DNA of 64,000 bases from positions 17,050,001 through 17,114,000 of the forward strand of contig JBHGNT010000012.1 of the NCBI GenBank assembly GCA_043228905.1, read 5' to 3'. Below, piece after piece: positions 49,735 through 63,354 of the stretch (position 1 is its first letter; each line of letters opens with the position of its first letter). Source of the DNA: Azolla caroliniana. Taxonomy: Eukaryota > Plantae > Polypodiophyta. The position numbers were made by a program, and so were the translations under genes. Under the pieces are notes generated by a model that was not told the DNA's origin, did no database searches, and was given only the letters and a program-made list of their open reading frames with translations.

Positions 49735-52700
49735 TGAAGCGAAATATCGCTCGACCACAGAAATGGGAAGTGGAGAGTACACAAGAAAATGACACAGGAT
49801 GTTTACGTGGAAAAACCCTAATAGGGAAAAATCACGAGAGCCCACAGACTCCGAACTATCACTATGAAGAGAAGGGGTACAATCAGAGACTCGGAGGCAA
49901 CGACCTCAAGCTCTGTTTCTTCGCACAATGGCGGTTACAACAGAGTATCGCTCTGTATCTCTCTCTCTCCCTCTCTCTCTGTACAACAGTTACAACAATA
50001 TGACAACAACACAATCACATACACCTAAAGTGATTGCCCTAAGTCATATTTATAGTTATATGAACTTAGGGCTATTTACAAATATAGCCTCAATGGGCTT
50101 ATTTAAGACATATTTACAAATCTGTTTTCTCTTTCGGTTCTCACCGGGTCCTCTTTATTCATCACCGGATCCCATCCAGAGAGACCAATTTCCCAACAAT
50201 CTCCCCCTTCACTCCGGTATGGGATGTCTTGTAAGTCCGATCTGCTTCTGGCATGCGTCCAACTTGTTGGGTGTCAGCACCTTGGTCAGCATATCCGGCC
50301 CGTTCTCCTCCGTGTGGATCTTCGTCAACATGAACTCTCGATCTTCAACTCGCTCTCGAATCTAGTGGTACTTGCGCTGGATGTGTTTCGTTCTGGAATG
50401 GTATGCCGCGTTCTTTGCAAGGTGGATGGCACTTTGACTGTCGCAATAGAGCCGGTATTCCTCTTACTGGATCCCTAGCTCTCCGATGAAGTCCTTCATC
50501 CATAATATTTCCTTGCCGGCTTCCACAACTGCCATGTACTCTGCCTCCGTGGTTGACAATGCAACCGTCTTCTACAGCCTCGACTGCCACGAAACGGCTC
50601 CCCCTGCATAGGTCATGACATATCCGGAAGTTGACCGGCTAGTGTCCACATCAGCCGACATATCCAAATCGGTAAAGCCTTCCATGAGGGGTTTACCGGA
50701 GCCGAATTAGAGGCACATACTCGAAATGCCCTTCAAGTACCGGAGTATCCATTTTACCGCATTCCAGTGCTCTTTTCCGGGGTTGGTCATGAACCGACTC
50801 ACCACTCCGACTGCGTATCCAATATCCGGTCGAGTACACACCATTGCGTACATCAAACTCCCGACCGCAGAGGCATATGGAATCTTCATCATATCCGCCT
50901 TCTCTGCCTTTGTCTTCGGGCTTTGCTTATCGGATAATTGCAGTTTGCCGGGAGTGTTGATCCGACCGGTTTTGCTTCTGACATGTTAAACCGCTGAAGC
51001 ACCTTTGTCACATACTTTTCCTATGACAACCACAATTGCTTCTTTGACCGATCCCGAATGATGTGCATCCCAAGTATCTGTCTTGTCGGGCCCAAGTCTT
51101 TCATTGAGAAGGTCCGGTTAAGGGCCTTCTTCAGCATCCGTATCTTGACTTGGTCTCGTCTGACGATCAACATGTCGTCCACGTACAGGAGCAATATTAG
51201 GAAATCTCCTCCATCAAATTTCTTCACAAACACGTAGTGATCAGCCTGCGTCTTGTGGTACCCTTGATCGGTCATGAAGGAATCAAACTTCTGGTACCAT
51301 TGATGGGGAGCTTGCTTCAGTCTGTATAAGCTCTTCTTCAGCCGGCACACTAGGTGCTCCTTCCCCTTCTTCTCAAATCCTTCCGGTTGATGCATGTAGA
51401 TCTCTTCTTTGAGGTCTCCGTGTAGGAATGCCGTCTTGACGTCCAATTGCTCTACCTCGAGGTCCATGCTTGCCGCTATGCCCAATATCGTCCGGATGGA
51501 TGTCATCTTTACTACCAGGGCAAAGATCTCATCAAAGTCCACTCCTTTCTTCTGTTGGAAGCCCTTCACCATGATTCAGGCCTTATACCTTGGTGGATTT
51601 CTGGCGTTTCCCGGTTTCAGCTTGTACACCCACTCTTTTCGGAGTGCCCTCTTTCCTTTCGGCAACTCCACTAATTCGTATGTGTGGTTCTCATGCAAGG
51701 AATCCATCTTATCTTGCATGGCACTCAACCACTTGCGGCTGTGGGTGTCTCCCCTTGCTTCTTCAAAGCTTTTTGGCTCCCCCTCATCGGTTAGCAACAC
51801 ATGCTCTGCATCCGGAAATCTTCGGGGGGCTCTCCTCTCCCGGAGAGGATATCTCCATCCTTGGTTTTTGACTACTGGTTCCTCCGTTTGATCCTCATCC
51901 AAATCCGATTCGGGATCTTGTCCGGTTCTAGTGTCTTCTTCTTCTTCTTCTTCGGTCGGTTCGGTTTCCTGTCCGTATCCGGCCGGTTCGTCGAGTGTCA
52001 TCCGGTTATCGACTAACATCCGGTTTTCAACCGAGTATATCCTTTTGTCCTCAAGCCGGTTTTCAATGGATGATATGGAGTTCGTTACCTTCTTCTCCGA
52101 CTCCCAATCGGCAATGGTCCTGTCTTCCATGAAGACTATGTCTCGACTCCGGAACACCTTTTTGTCAACCAAATCCCACACCCAGTAATTGAACTCATCA
52201 TCTCCATATCCAAGGAAGATGCAGGGCTTTGCTCTCTTGTCCTTCGCTACATCCACGTATGTGAGACACCCGAACACCTTCAGATGCTAGTAAGACACAT
52301 CCTTACTGGTCCATACTTTCTGCGGTGAGTCTCCATCCAAGGGTACTAAGGGTGATCTGTTTATCACATAGGTTGCCTTCGTCAGCGCCTCAGCCCAAAA
52401 CGTCTTGGGTAACTTGGCATGTGCGAGCATGTTTTGGACTCTCTCCATTATATGGTCTGGTTCATCCTTTCGGCCAACCCATTTAGTTCCGGCATCTTCG
52501 GCACAATAAACTCGAGCCAGATTCCCTTCGACCGACAATACTCCTCGAACTGCCCTCAGTATTCTCCTCTGTTATCTGCTCGAACCGCCTTCAGCTTCCG
52601 GCCGTTTCTCTTTTCACTCTCGCATGGAGCTCCTTGAAGACGGATAACACTTGGTCCTTCATCTTCAACAGTGAGACCCACAACTTTTGGTTGTGGTCGT

Positions 52701-52839
52701 CTATGAACATTACGAAGTACTGCAATCCAGCATGTGACTTCGTGTCGACTTGACACACATCGGTATGCACCAGCTCTAGTGGTGCATTCCGTCTCATCGG
52801 TGGTCTTGACTGGAAGGAGGTGCGGTTTTGCTTGCCATC

Positions 52840-53563
52840 TGTTGGGATTACGGTCCCTCTGGATGGGATGGTCGAATATCCGGGAATCGAGAATGAAGAC
52901 CCGGCTACGGAGCCGGATGATGAAGACCCTGGCTACGGAGCCGGATGATGAAGACCCCGGTTATGGAGCCGGATGATAAAGACCCCGGTTACGGAGCCGG
53001 ATGATGAAGACCCCGGCTACGGAGCCGGATGATGAAGACCCCGGTTACGGAGACGGATGATGAAGACCCCGGCTACGGATCCGGATGACGAATGTACCCG
53101 GAGAGAGATCCGGATGCGGGGACATATTTGTGAATATGTTTGCCAAGGGCCCTTGAGGCTATATTTGTAAATAGCCCGAAAGTCATATGTGTATAAATAT
53201 GACTTAGGGCAAACAGTTTGTAGTTGTTGCTCATCGTTCTGTTTTCATTTTTAGAGGGAGCTAGGTGAGCAGCCGAGAGAGAGAGAGAGAGAGAGAGACG
53301 AAGAGGTCGTGGCCTCTGTGTATTACCGCCGCCTATGGCGAAGACAGTGAGCTCAGGGTTGTTGCCTTGTAGCTTCACCATTGTACATCTCTGTTTATAG
53401 GGATAGTTGGAGTTTGAGGACTCCCGTGGTTTTTCCCACTTAGGGTTTTCCACGTAAAACATCCTGTGTACTCTTCTCTCTATTGTCTTCGTGCATTTTG
53501 TATTTCCTGTTTTCGGTAAGTTGATCCTATTCCTCGGTGGGTGGCCGAGCGCTGTGTTCAACA
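52840..53563 (+). repeat. Family B copia 5' LTR
   Basis: TGTTGGGATT...TTCAACA followed by PBS TGGTATCGGAGC (53567-53578). Homologous to 63706-64000. Confidence 0.93.
52894..53088 (+). repeat. 28-bp tandem repeat x7 in the B LTR
   Basis: Unit TGAAGACCCCGG(C/T)TACGGAGCCGGATGA. About 3.7 units in the second B LTR (63775-63880). Confidence 0.93.
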
Positions 53564-53594
53564 AAGTGGTATCGGAGCGACGGTAACGCAGAAA

Positions 53595-55554
53595 ATGGAA
53601 GGCGGCAGCAGCGGGCAGCCGGGGATGATGGTGCTGAATGCGCAGAACTACGCCGATTGGAAGATAAAGATGGAGGATCTGCTCATTGTTCGGGACCTGT
53701 ATGAACCGATCGACAGGTCGGAAATACCCAAGGGTGTACTTGAGACGGAATGGAGGCTTCTGAACAGGAAAGCCGTTGCAACCATTCGGCAATACGTCGA
53801 CGTGAGCGTTCTACAACACGTGGCGAACGACACCAATGCATATGAGATGTGGCGGAAGCTGTGGGGCCTCTACGAGAGGAAGAATGCGTTGAACCGGACC
53901 TCCCTGATGAGGAAGATAGTGAACCTCAAGTACCGGGACGGCGAGAGCATGGTGGAACACGTAAGCACGTTCATGGGATTCCTGAACCAGCTTGCGGCGA
54001 TCAAGTTCCCGTTGGAGGATGCAATGCAAGCCATCATCCTGATGTGTACATTGCCGGAAAGCTGGGAGAACTTGGTGGTGACTCTCAGCACCTCCTGCAC
54101 CGAAGATAACTTGTCCCTACAAACGGTAAAGACAAGTATTTTGAACGAAGAAGCGCGTCGGAGAGATAAAGAACCGGCCTCCGACTCGAAGTCGCTGCTT
54201 ACCGAATCGGAACGGGGAAGACAACGGAACCGGAGTCCGCAAAGACGGGAGAAGTCGGGGACCCGGTCGCAGTCAAGAGGAAGGCCCACATGCTTCCACT
54301 GTGGGAAGCCGGGGCACTTCCGGAAGAATTGTCGGCATTACCGAAAAGACAACGGAGCCGACGACACCGATTCGAAGAAGTCACCGGAGCGAAACGGTGC
54401 ATACTGGGGAGCCACGGACCGGAGAGGTCCGGATCGGCGAGGGCAGGAGCGGAAAGGAACGACGGCACTCGCGGCAAGTGAAGAAGAGATAATGCTCATT
54501 ACCGAAGAGAGGGAGCTGAACCTTGCCGGTGAAGAGATGACCTGGGTGGTCGATTCCGGAGCGTCGTTCCACCTGACCCCGGAGAAGAAATACTTCTCAT
54601 CCTACACAGCCGGTGAGCACGGCTGTGTCCGGATGGGAAATGAAGGTACATGCCGGATTGCCGGCATAGGAGACGTGTGGCTGATGACATCAACTGGATG
54701 CAAGATGCTGCTGAAGGATGTTCGACACGTTCCGGAGGTTCGATTGAACCTGATTTCGGCCGGGAGGCTAGACGATGAAGGCTACACGGGTAGCATCCGA
54801 AACGGTGTCATGAAGTTCAGCAAAGGGAGCCTGATACTGGCTCGGGCCCGGAAGATCAACACACTGTACCTGATGAATTCCCGGCTATGTCCGGAGGAGC
54901 TGAACGTGGCAGCTAACACTGCCGGTGAGCTGTGGCACAAGAGACTGTGCCACATGAGCGAGAAGGGGATGAAGAGGCTTGCAGAAGACAACCTTATTCC
55001 GGTGAAGCATGTGCATCTGGAGAAGTGCACCGATTGCCTGGCCGGTAAGCAGAACCGAGCCTCCTTCCACTCAAGGCCACCGACGAGACGTAGCGCACCA
55101 TTGGAGTTGGTGCACACTAACGTGTGTCAAGTAGAAACGAAGTCACATGGCGGAGCCCAGTACTTCGTGACATTCATTGATGACCACAGCCGGAAGCTGT
55201 GGACGGCACCGTTGAAGACAAAGGACCAAGTGTTGTGCGTCTTCAAAGAACTCTACGCGAGAGTGGAAAGGGAATCCGGCAAGAAGCTGAAAGCGATACG
55301 AGCGGATAACGGAGGGGAATACCGGGGGCAGTTCGCGGAGTACTGTCGCTCAAAGGGAATCCGGCTCGAGTTTACTGTGCCGAAGACGCCGGAACTGAAC
55401 GGGTTGGCCGAGAGGATGAACCGGACCATAATGGAGAGGGTCCGGAGTATGCTGGCGCATGCGAAATTACCCAAGGTGTTTTGGGCTGAGGCAATATCGA
55501 CGGCGACATACGTGATAAACAGATCACCCTCAGTACCTTTGGACGGAGACACGC
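53595..55554 (+). CDS. gag-pol: Family B copia gag-protease-integrase polyprotein, truncated by element D
   Basis: Uninterrupted ORF: NYADWKIKM, CFHCGKPGHFRKNC, WVVDSGAS, LWHKRLCHMS, IRADNGGEY and NGLAERMNRTI. Confidence 0.95.
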
Positions 55555-58500
55555 TATTATAGATCATAGCACTAATGTAAGCTTAAGATAAGGATAATGA
55601 AAAGATAGATAGAAAGGAGAAAGAGAAAGAAGGGTGCCGATCCACCCGACCACCCCCGAGCGAAGGGATCGAGACGGACTCGAGCCTCGATCGGTGTCCC
55701 ATACCACCGCCGTGGCGTCGAGTCGTACCTGGTGCTGGCGCGCTCGCTACAAGAGTTGACCCACCACACGAGCAGAGTCTCGATGTAGTCAAAAGATGAT
55801 CAAATGAGGGTAGCTAGGCCTCTTATTTATAGCGATACCCAAGGCCCCCAGGCATGTTCACACTTGACCTAATGGGTTGTCTCAATCCCGAGGATAAAAG
55901 TAATCCTCCCCTTCTTTACACTCTCATTTAACCCTCACACTTATCCACGTGTATAGATTACTACGGTAAATTCTTACCACGGGATATTATATGGTCATGC
56001 TCGTAACATACTCCCCCTCTTTAAAACATTGCACTCTTGCAATGGAAAGTTAGGGAAGTTAGTTCTAAGAGTAGTTTCGCGTTCCCATGTGGCATCTTTT
56101 ATTGATTTATCCAGCCATTTTATTTTAAATTCTCGGATTTCTTTAGTACGTAATTTTTTTGTTTTAACATCGAGAATTCTTTCTGGTAGATGTGGTTTAG
56201 AAGATAATTCTTCAGAAGTAACCAGAGTTTCAGTCGTAACTGTATTGTCGCCAGAACCTAGAAGTTCTTTTAGACGACTCACATGAAAGACTGGATGAAT
56301 TCCGACACCATCGGGAAGAGCGAGACGATAGGCTGATGACCCAATGCATTTGAGGACTGTAAAAGGTCCACAAAACCGTGGGGCTAACTTAGCGCACTTA
56401 CCCGTAGACAATGTCTTGGAATTGTGAGGTACACGTAAAAATACCTTCTTTCCAGGGTTGAATACACGAGGTTGCCTATGATGATCGGCATAAAAACGCG
56501 CTCTATCTTGAGCTGTTTTTATATTATCTCGTGCAATATGCAACATATCTTGCATATCCCGAAGGAAGTTTTGCGTACTTCGCAACTCATCATGATGTAT
56601 AGTAACATCAATCGGGGCTCGTGGCTGAAAACCATACATCAACATAAAAGGACTATATCCCGTCGACGTATGCTTGGAGCTGTTATAAGCAAACTCCAAA
56701 ATTGGGAGATAACGTTCCCATTTTGTTGGTTTTGCACCAACGTATGCTCGAAGCATGTCCTCAATAATTTGATTTACTCGTTCTGTCTGTCCATCGGATT
56801 GAGGATGATCCGTGGAGCTCATGCTCAACGTAGTTTCTAACTTCTTAAAGACTTGTGTCCAGAAGTCACTAGTAAACTTTGGATCTCGATCACTCACGAT
56901 ATCCATCGGTAACCCATAAAAACGAAACAATTCGTCAACGAATTGGTAAGCCAATTCAGGAGTTGTTACCGTGGTTTTAGTAGCAATAAATCTGGCCATT
57001 TTAGTTAGTCGATCAACGACAACCCAGATGGCATCATGACCTTTTTGGGTGCGAGGAAGGCTAACAATAAAATCCATGGATATACTTTCCCACTTATTAT
57101 TGGGAATGTCCAAGGGATGTAAAAGTCCTGCGGCTTTAAGTCGCTCGGCTTTGTTAACCTGACACTAGTGACATTTAGTCACATAGCTATGTATGTCAGG
57201 ACGCATCTTAGGCCAATAAAATTGAGTGGAGATGAGAACGAGTGTACGATGTATTCCAGGGTGCCCTGCTGAGGGTGCATCATGGCATTCAAAAAGAATC
57301 CTCTTTTTGACCTCGGGTAAATCTGGAACACAAACCTTCCCATTACGGTAGAGCAAACCGTTAGCAATGTGGAAGTATTCCTTCGAGGATGTGGTGGTGT
57401 CTGTTCCAGACTCAACTCTTGCCCAGTATTTTGCAAAATAACTGTCATCAGGATACTTTCCTCGAAGGTGATCATAAAGATCTGATGATATTTCAGTGAA
57501 GCTAAGCGTGTTAACTTCACGGATGCGACTTAGTGCATCAGCGACAATGTTCATGGAACCTTTACGATATCGTATGGAAAAATCAAAGTCCTGGATGAGA
57601 TCAGCCCATCGTGCCTTACGACCTTTCAGGTCTTGTTGGTCACAAAAATATTTCAAGGACTCATGGTCCGTAGTTACCACAAAGTGATTTCCATAAAGAT
57701 AATGGCGCCATGTTTTGAGCGCATGTATAACTGCAAATAATTCCTTTTCTTGAACGGTATACCGACATTGAGCAGAATCAAGTTTCTTACTCTCGAATGC
57801 TATTGGTTTACCATCTTGATACAAGACAGCACCTATAGCATAATCGCTTGCATCGGTTTCAACCTCAAAAGGTTTTGAAGGATCGGGTAAAAGAAGTGAA
57901 GGAGCCTTGCAAACCAGGTCCTTGAGTTCCTTAAAGGCAAGGTCTAGTGTAGCATTCCACACAATAGGTTTTGTAGACTTACGCGTTTGACCTTTTAAAA
58001 GATCAGTAAACGGCATCGTCAATTGGGAGTAATTACGAAGAGACTTTCGCAAAAACCCCACAAAACCAAGGAATGATCGAACTTCTCGAATATTCCGAAG
58101 AGTGGGCCAAAGCTTGATTTTCTCAATGCGAGAAGGATCAATTTCAACTCCTCGTTCGGTTATGAGATGTCCTAGATAAGTAATTGATTTCTTGAAGAAC
58201 TCACATTTTGAGATCTTCGCATAAAACTGTTTGTCACGCAATGTTTGTAAAACAAAGCGGACATGTCTAGCATGTTCTTGTAATGTACGGCTATAAACTA
58301 AAATATCATCCAAGAAAATAACGACAAATTTTCCAAGTTGTTCTCGGAAAATGTCATTCATTTCTTGTTGAAAAGTAGCCGGAGCATTGGTCAAACCAAA
58401 AGGCATAACCAAAAACTCGTAATGGCCATAGCGCGTACGAAATGCCGTTTTAGGAACATCGTCCTCACTTATTCGTATTTGATTGTAGCCAGTACGGAGA

Positions 58501-61500
58501 TCAAGTTTCGTAAAATACCGAGCTCCCTGGAGGCGGTCAATTAGATCGTCAACCCGGGGCAATGGATACGAATTCTTGATCGTCACTTTATTCAAGCGTC
58601 GGTAATTAATACACATACGCCATGTGCCCTCTTTCTTTTTAACCAAGAGAACTGGTGCACCCCATGGAGATTTACTATAACGTATATAACCCATTCATAA
58701 ATAGTCCTTGAGTTGCTTAGATACCTCATCTTCTTCGGATCGACTTAAGCGATACGGAGGTATACTTATTGGTGCAACACCAGGTACAATATCTATACGA
58801 TGGTCTATATTACGTTTAGGAGGTAACCCATCAGGTAGTTCACTTGGAAAAACATCATGAAAATCATTTATGATTTCATCAAGTTGTTGTTGTTCAAAAT
58901 ATGTTAATTGAATCGGGACATTATCGATATTGTAAACGTGAATGTCCGGATCAAGTACACAATAAAATAACGTAGAACAAGACAACTCGAATATTGATGG
59001 ACACGAGGAAACAATCGAGAGGGATTGTTTTTTTACACATTGAATAAAATGCGTACAATCGTTCAGTACAAAAGAAATGGAATGACGAACCCAATCAATC
59101 AATAAAGAAGAGTTTTTATTATAAAACCAGGGATAACCCAGTATTACATCGGTGGTACAAAGATTCATTACATGGAAGTCTACTTCCTCTATATAAGTAT
59201 CAATAGGAATTCCTAATGAATGAATCGCCCCGTTGATGTATTGTACTCTTCCATCAGCCAAGTGCACCGTGTAGGTGTGATCACTTACGGTGGGTTGGAT
59301 TCCCCATATCTGAACCAAACGATCATTCACAAAATTGTGTGAGCTTCCCGAATCAAATAAAAATTGTACGGGAGATCCATTGATATACCCGTTTGCACGT
59401 AGTAAATCATTGGGACCCAATACATAGTGAGGGAAAGAACATTGACAATTACTTAAATGATGTGTATAGACCTGAAGGACATTAGGAATCTGACCTTTAT
59501 GGTCTGCAGCTTTAGCTTTGTTGTCGTGCTCTTTCCGTTGGAGCTTTCGACATTGATCTTTTGTATGACCCTTCTTTTTGCAGAATACACAAAAAGGATG
59601 TTGTCGCTTACAATCGCGATCCAGGAATTCGTTGGGTGTCTTGCGTTTCCCAACAAATTGCGACTGCTTAGTCCCGGGCGCTTCGTTGGGTTTGTTATGG
59701 TCCTTCTTCGAAGTGCGTTGATAGCGAAGAACTATTTCAACGGCCTCTTCGAAGGATTTTGGATCCTTATCGTGCACTATCCAGTGATAGTCCGAATTGG
59801 GGATGCCATTGACAAAACAAGCTATCAACCAATTGTCCCCTTCTAGACCCGATTTTTGGATTTGGGTTCTAGCATGGTGAACATAGTCTTCTAGCGAGGA
59901 AAATTTCCTGCTAGAGAGGTTCATTAAAGCTTGTGCTGCCTCGGTTCGAGAGGGAGGTTGCAGAAATTGGCCCTTAAAAACCGTGACAAAATCAGTCCAG
60001 GTATCGGGCAATTTCCCCATAGTACGGAGGCCACGCCACCAGGCGGCGGCCTTACCCCCGAGTTCTCGACCGACATATGCAATCTTCGTACTATCTGGCG
60101 TGGGATAGAGCTCAAAATGAGACTCCCATTGTCCCAGCCATGTGCAGATTGCTTCTTCGGTTCTTTCCTTTTTGTCTCCCGTAAATGGCTTAACGACAAA
60201 TGATGGTTCACCTTGTCGCTCATCAGGTCTATTAGTCTCACGTTGTAGACTAATGACACGTGCTTCAAGAGCACTCTGAGATTGCCGAAGTTCGGTCATC
60301 TGTTGAGCGGTGAAACTAAGGTATTGGGTTATTTGTGCCAAATACATCTCAGTGGACATTTGTCCAGGAGGATTCCCTTGAGTTCCTTCCGCTTGAGCGG
60401 ATGACATCAGGTCGTTAATTTGAGCCATTAAAGATTATTTCTGGAAAAGAAATAGGATAAGGTCAGAGATATAGTCATAACATCATGTCGTGATGTAAAC
60501 ATATCATGGGCGAGCATTAATCGATATCATTATCTCACGTCAATACCCCTCTAGACGTATGAGATAAGGTTCAAGATCAGGTTACTATGGTAACACAAAG
60601 GTGTCTTAAAAACCATGGGGGTGACAAATAAATGTCTTTCCCTGATCTCTATATCAATTTTTTCATGGTGGCTCCCCGAGGCTCAACCATGTATGTTCGC
60701 GTCATGAATAGTTTATACACGAAAAAAATGTTAACAATAAACTATGTTTCGGTGCCCACATAAGTGGTTTCGGCTCTTTAAGTCCTATTACGAGGACCCC
60801 GAGGTGCACTTAGACCTTAAGTCTAAACATGTGTTATAGTCATATGTATCAAGGATGTTGTATGGTCTTGGTCATATTTGAACTCGAGACCTCGAGAACA
60901 AATACATTAAACACTTGAGCCAACCAAGTAAGTTGGTCTTCTCGAATGTTTAATGTTTGATGCGTATAAGAGATATGCGAGGCAATTGATCATATATGTT
61001 TTTTTAAAAGAACATATATGTCAAGGGTCCTTATTTCGCCCTCATTTACCAAAACTATGTTGGTACGTTACCTAACCTCAAGTCTCGTAATTACGATGGC
61101 ATACGCCAAAGTGCAACCTAATGGTCAAGCCAAATGAGCCCTCGTTTCGTAGTAGGCTCATGTGGGCCATCACATGGTCACGTCATTACGAATGCCTCTC
61201 GTAAGAACGAGCTCATGGTGGCATCGTATCCATGTAACGAGGGAGGGATGTTGGATACGTGCGTCATTGGAGCGACCTCACTTGAAGTGGGTCAAGCCCT
61301 ACGTACTCAACATCATTATGGCTATTGCGTTTCTTTACGTAACGAAATCGAGGTCATCAACGGGGTTGTCAACAATAAAAAATTGTTGAAAATGGGATGG
61401 TGACAACGCCATTCTCACAAAAATGTGAGGACGGCCACCAACATCCTTTTCCCGACCATGACAACTTTCGATATAATCACGTAATAACGAATATACACAT

Positions 61501-62569
61501 ATGTTTACTTATCACATATATACGATCAAATACGTATATATGTGACCACATATGCCTATATTAAACATATCGTTATATTAAATAGCCACAAATGATGTGA
61601 TCGAGATACGTAATCGAGGTATATACCTCTACGCACACGAAACATCCACAAATAAGAGATCATCGTAATACGCAATGGAGGTATTGACCTCTTACGCATA
61701 CGAGACCAAACGCATATCGTTTACAACAAATCAAGGTATTAAACTCATACGCAAACGTAACATATGTTCGTGAACGTAATACGTAATTGAGGTATTAACC
61801 TCGTACGCATACGACACTCATCACATATTATTAATATGTCAAACGAGGTATTGACCTCGTGCACATATGTAAACGTTTTAGATAATCAATTAAAGACCAC
61901 TACAACATCATTGACTTAATGAAAAAAAATTACATATAAACTAAACACATGATTAGATGGGAGAAGAGAGAATAGAAAGAAAATTATGGAAAGAGTTACC
62001 GAAGTTCTTTGTTGATCGTTGTCTGGATCAAGGCCAACCGCACAACGATCGATCAGCATCAATCAAAAGACAAATGAAAAACAAAGAAACATTAGTACAA
62101 AAATCTGATACCAAATATTATAGATCATAGCACTAATGTAAGCTTAAGATAAGGATAATGAAAAGATAGATAGAAAGGAGAAAGAGAAAGAAGGGTGCCG
62201 ATCCACCCGACCACCCCCGAGCGAAGGGATCGAGACGGACTCGAGCCTCGATCGGCGTCCCATACCACCGCCGTGGCGTCGAGTCGTACCTGGTGCTGGC
62301 GCGCTCGCTACAAGAGTTTACCCACCACACGAGCAGAGTCTCGATGTAGTCAAAAGATGATCAAATGAGGGTAGCTAGGCCTCTTATTTATAGCGATACC
62401 CAAGGCCCCCAGGCATGTTCACACTTGACCTAATGGGTTGTCTCAATCCCGAGGATAAAAGTAATCCTCCCCTTCTTTACACTCTCATTTAACCCTCACA
62501 CTTATCCACGTGTATAGATTACTACGGTAAATTCTTACCACGGGATATTATATGGTCATGCTCGTAACA
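55555..62569 (-). mobile_element. Element D: near-intact young chromovirus (Ty3/gypsy)
   Basis: 454-bp LTRs 55555-56008 and 62116-62569 (2 mismatches seen). PBS TGGTATCAGA at 62104-62113. PPT AAAGAGGGGGAG next to 56009. Confidence 0.96.
55995..60428 (-). pseudogene. gag-pol: Element D gag-PR-RT-RH-INT-chromodomain polyprotein with two in-frame stops
   Basis: Single frame: CVFCKKKGHTKDQC, LFDSGSSHNF, FLDDIL, ETDASD, ISMDFI...DRDP...GQTERVN, and chromodomain PERIL...FKIKW...ATWE. Stops are TGA 58695-58697 and TAG 57165-57167. Confidence 0.95.
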
Positions 62570-63354
62570 ATGTCCCTCATCTTCGACTTCCACAGTGAGT
62601 AGTTGGAGCCGGTGAGCTTGAACATGCAGCCGAAGTATTCTTCCATTTTCTATGTTGTTGGCTCTGATACCAGTTTGAAGCGAAATGCGCAAAATATCGC
62701 TTGGCCACAAGTGGGTAGTAAATCAATTCTATAAGAATCAAACACAACAATGGGAAGTGGAGAGTACACAAGAAAATGACACAGGATGTTTACGTGGAAA
62801 AACCCTAATAGGGAAAATTCACAAGAGCCCACAGACTCTGAACTATCACTATGAAGAGAAGGGGTACAATCAGAGACTTGGAGGCAATGACCTCAAGCTC
62901 TGTTTCTTCGCACAATGGCGGTTACAACAGAGTATCACTCTGTATCTCTCTCTCCCCCTCTCTCTGTGTACAACAGTTACAACAATATGACAACAACACA
63001 ATCACATACACCTAAAGTGATTGCCCTAAGTCATATTTATAGTTATATGAACTTAGGGCTATTTACAAATATAGCCTCAATGGGCTTATTCAAGACATAT
63101 TTACAAATCTATTTTCTCTTCCGGTTCTCACCGGGTCTCCTCCAGTTTCCGGATCTCTTCCGATTCTCATTGGGTCCTCTTTATTCATCACCGAATCCCA
63201 TCCGGAGAGACCAATTTCCCAATGTCACGTTTTTAGGTCAGGTAGCTCAATTCTTGCACGATGGGTTTTGGTTACCCACTTCTGACCGATTTTCTGTACC
63301 TGTGGCTCCTCGTTCTCCGTAAACTTTGACCAGGGCCGTGTTGAGGTTAGGTAG

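Larger units (their letters stand above)
49735..63222 (-). mobile_element. Family C Ty1/copia (Tnt1/Tork-like), host of nested elements B and D
   Basis: 3' LTR 49735-50198 with PPT 50199-50213. RH-RT-INT at 50214-52839 (QLDVKTAFLHGDL, LLYVDDML, LELVHTDV). Gag start 62570-62646, iMet PBS 62661-62672, 5' LTR 62676-63222. Confidence 0.92.

Noticed and set aside
52894-53088. 28-bp repeat array as a CRISPR array
   Set aside because: Head-to-tail units with no unique spacers, inside a copia LTR, with no cas genes in a eukaryotic repeat context.
58695-58697. Programmed stop read-through between protease and RT in element D
   Set aside because: The TGA falls inside the conserved RT N-terminal motif (L..YL.xGYIRxSxSPW), and a second in-frame TAG lies in the integrase zinc finger. 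Both fit C-to-T deamination (CGA, CAG).
61616-61858. Palindromic repeat-spacer array as CRISPR
   Set aside because: The repeats are short and degenerate, the spacers are partly related, and the array lies in a retrotransposon leader. Kept only as an RNA-structure finding.
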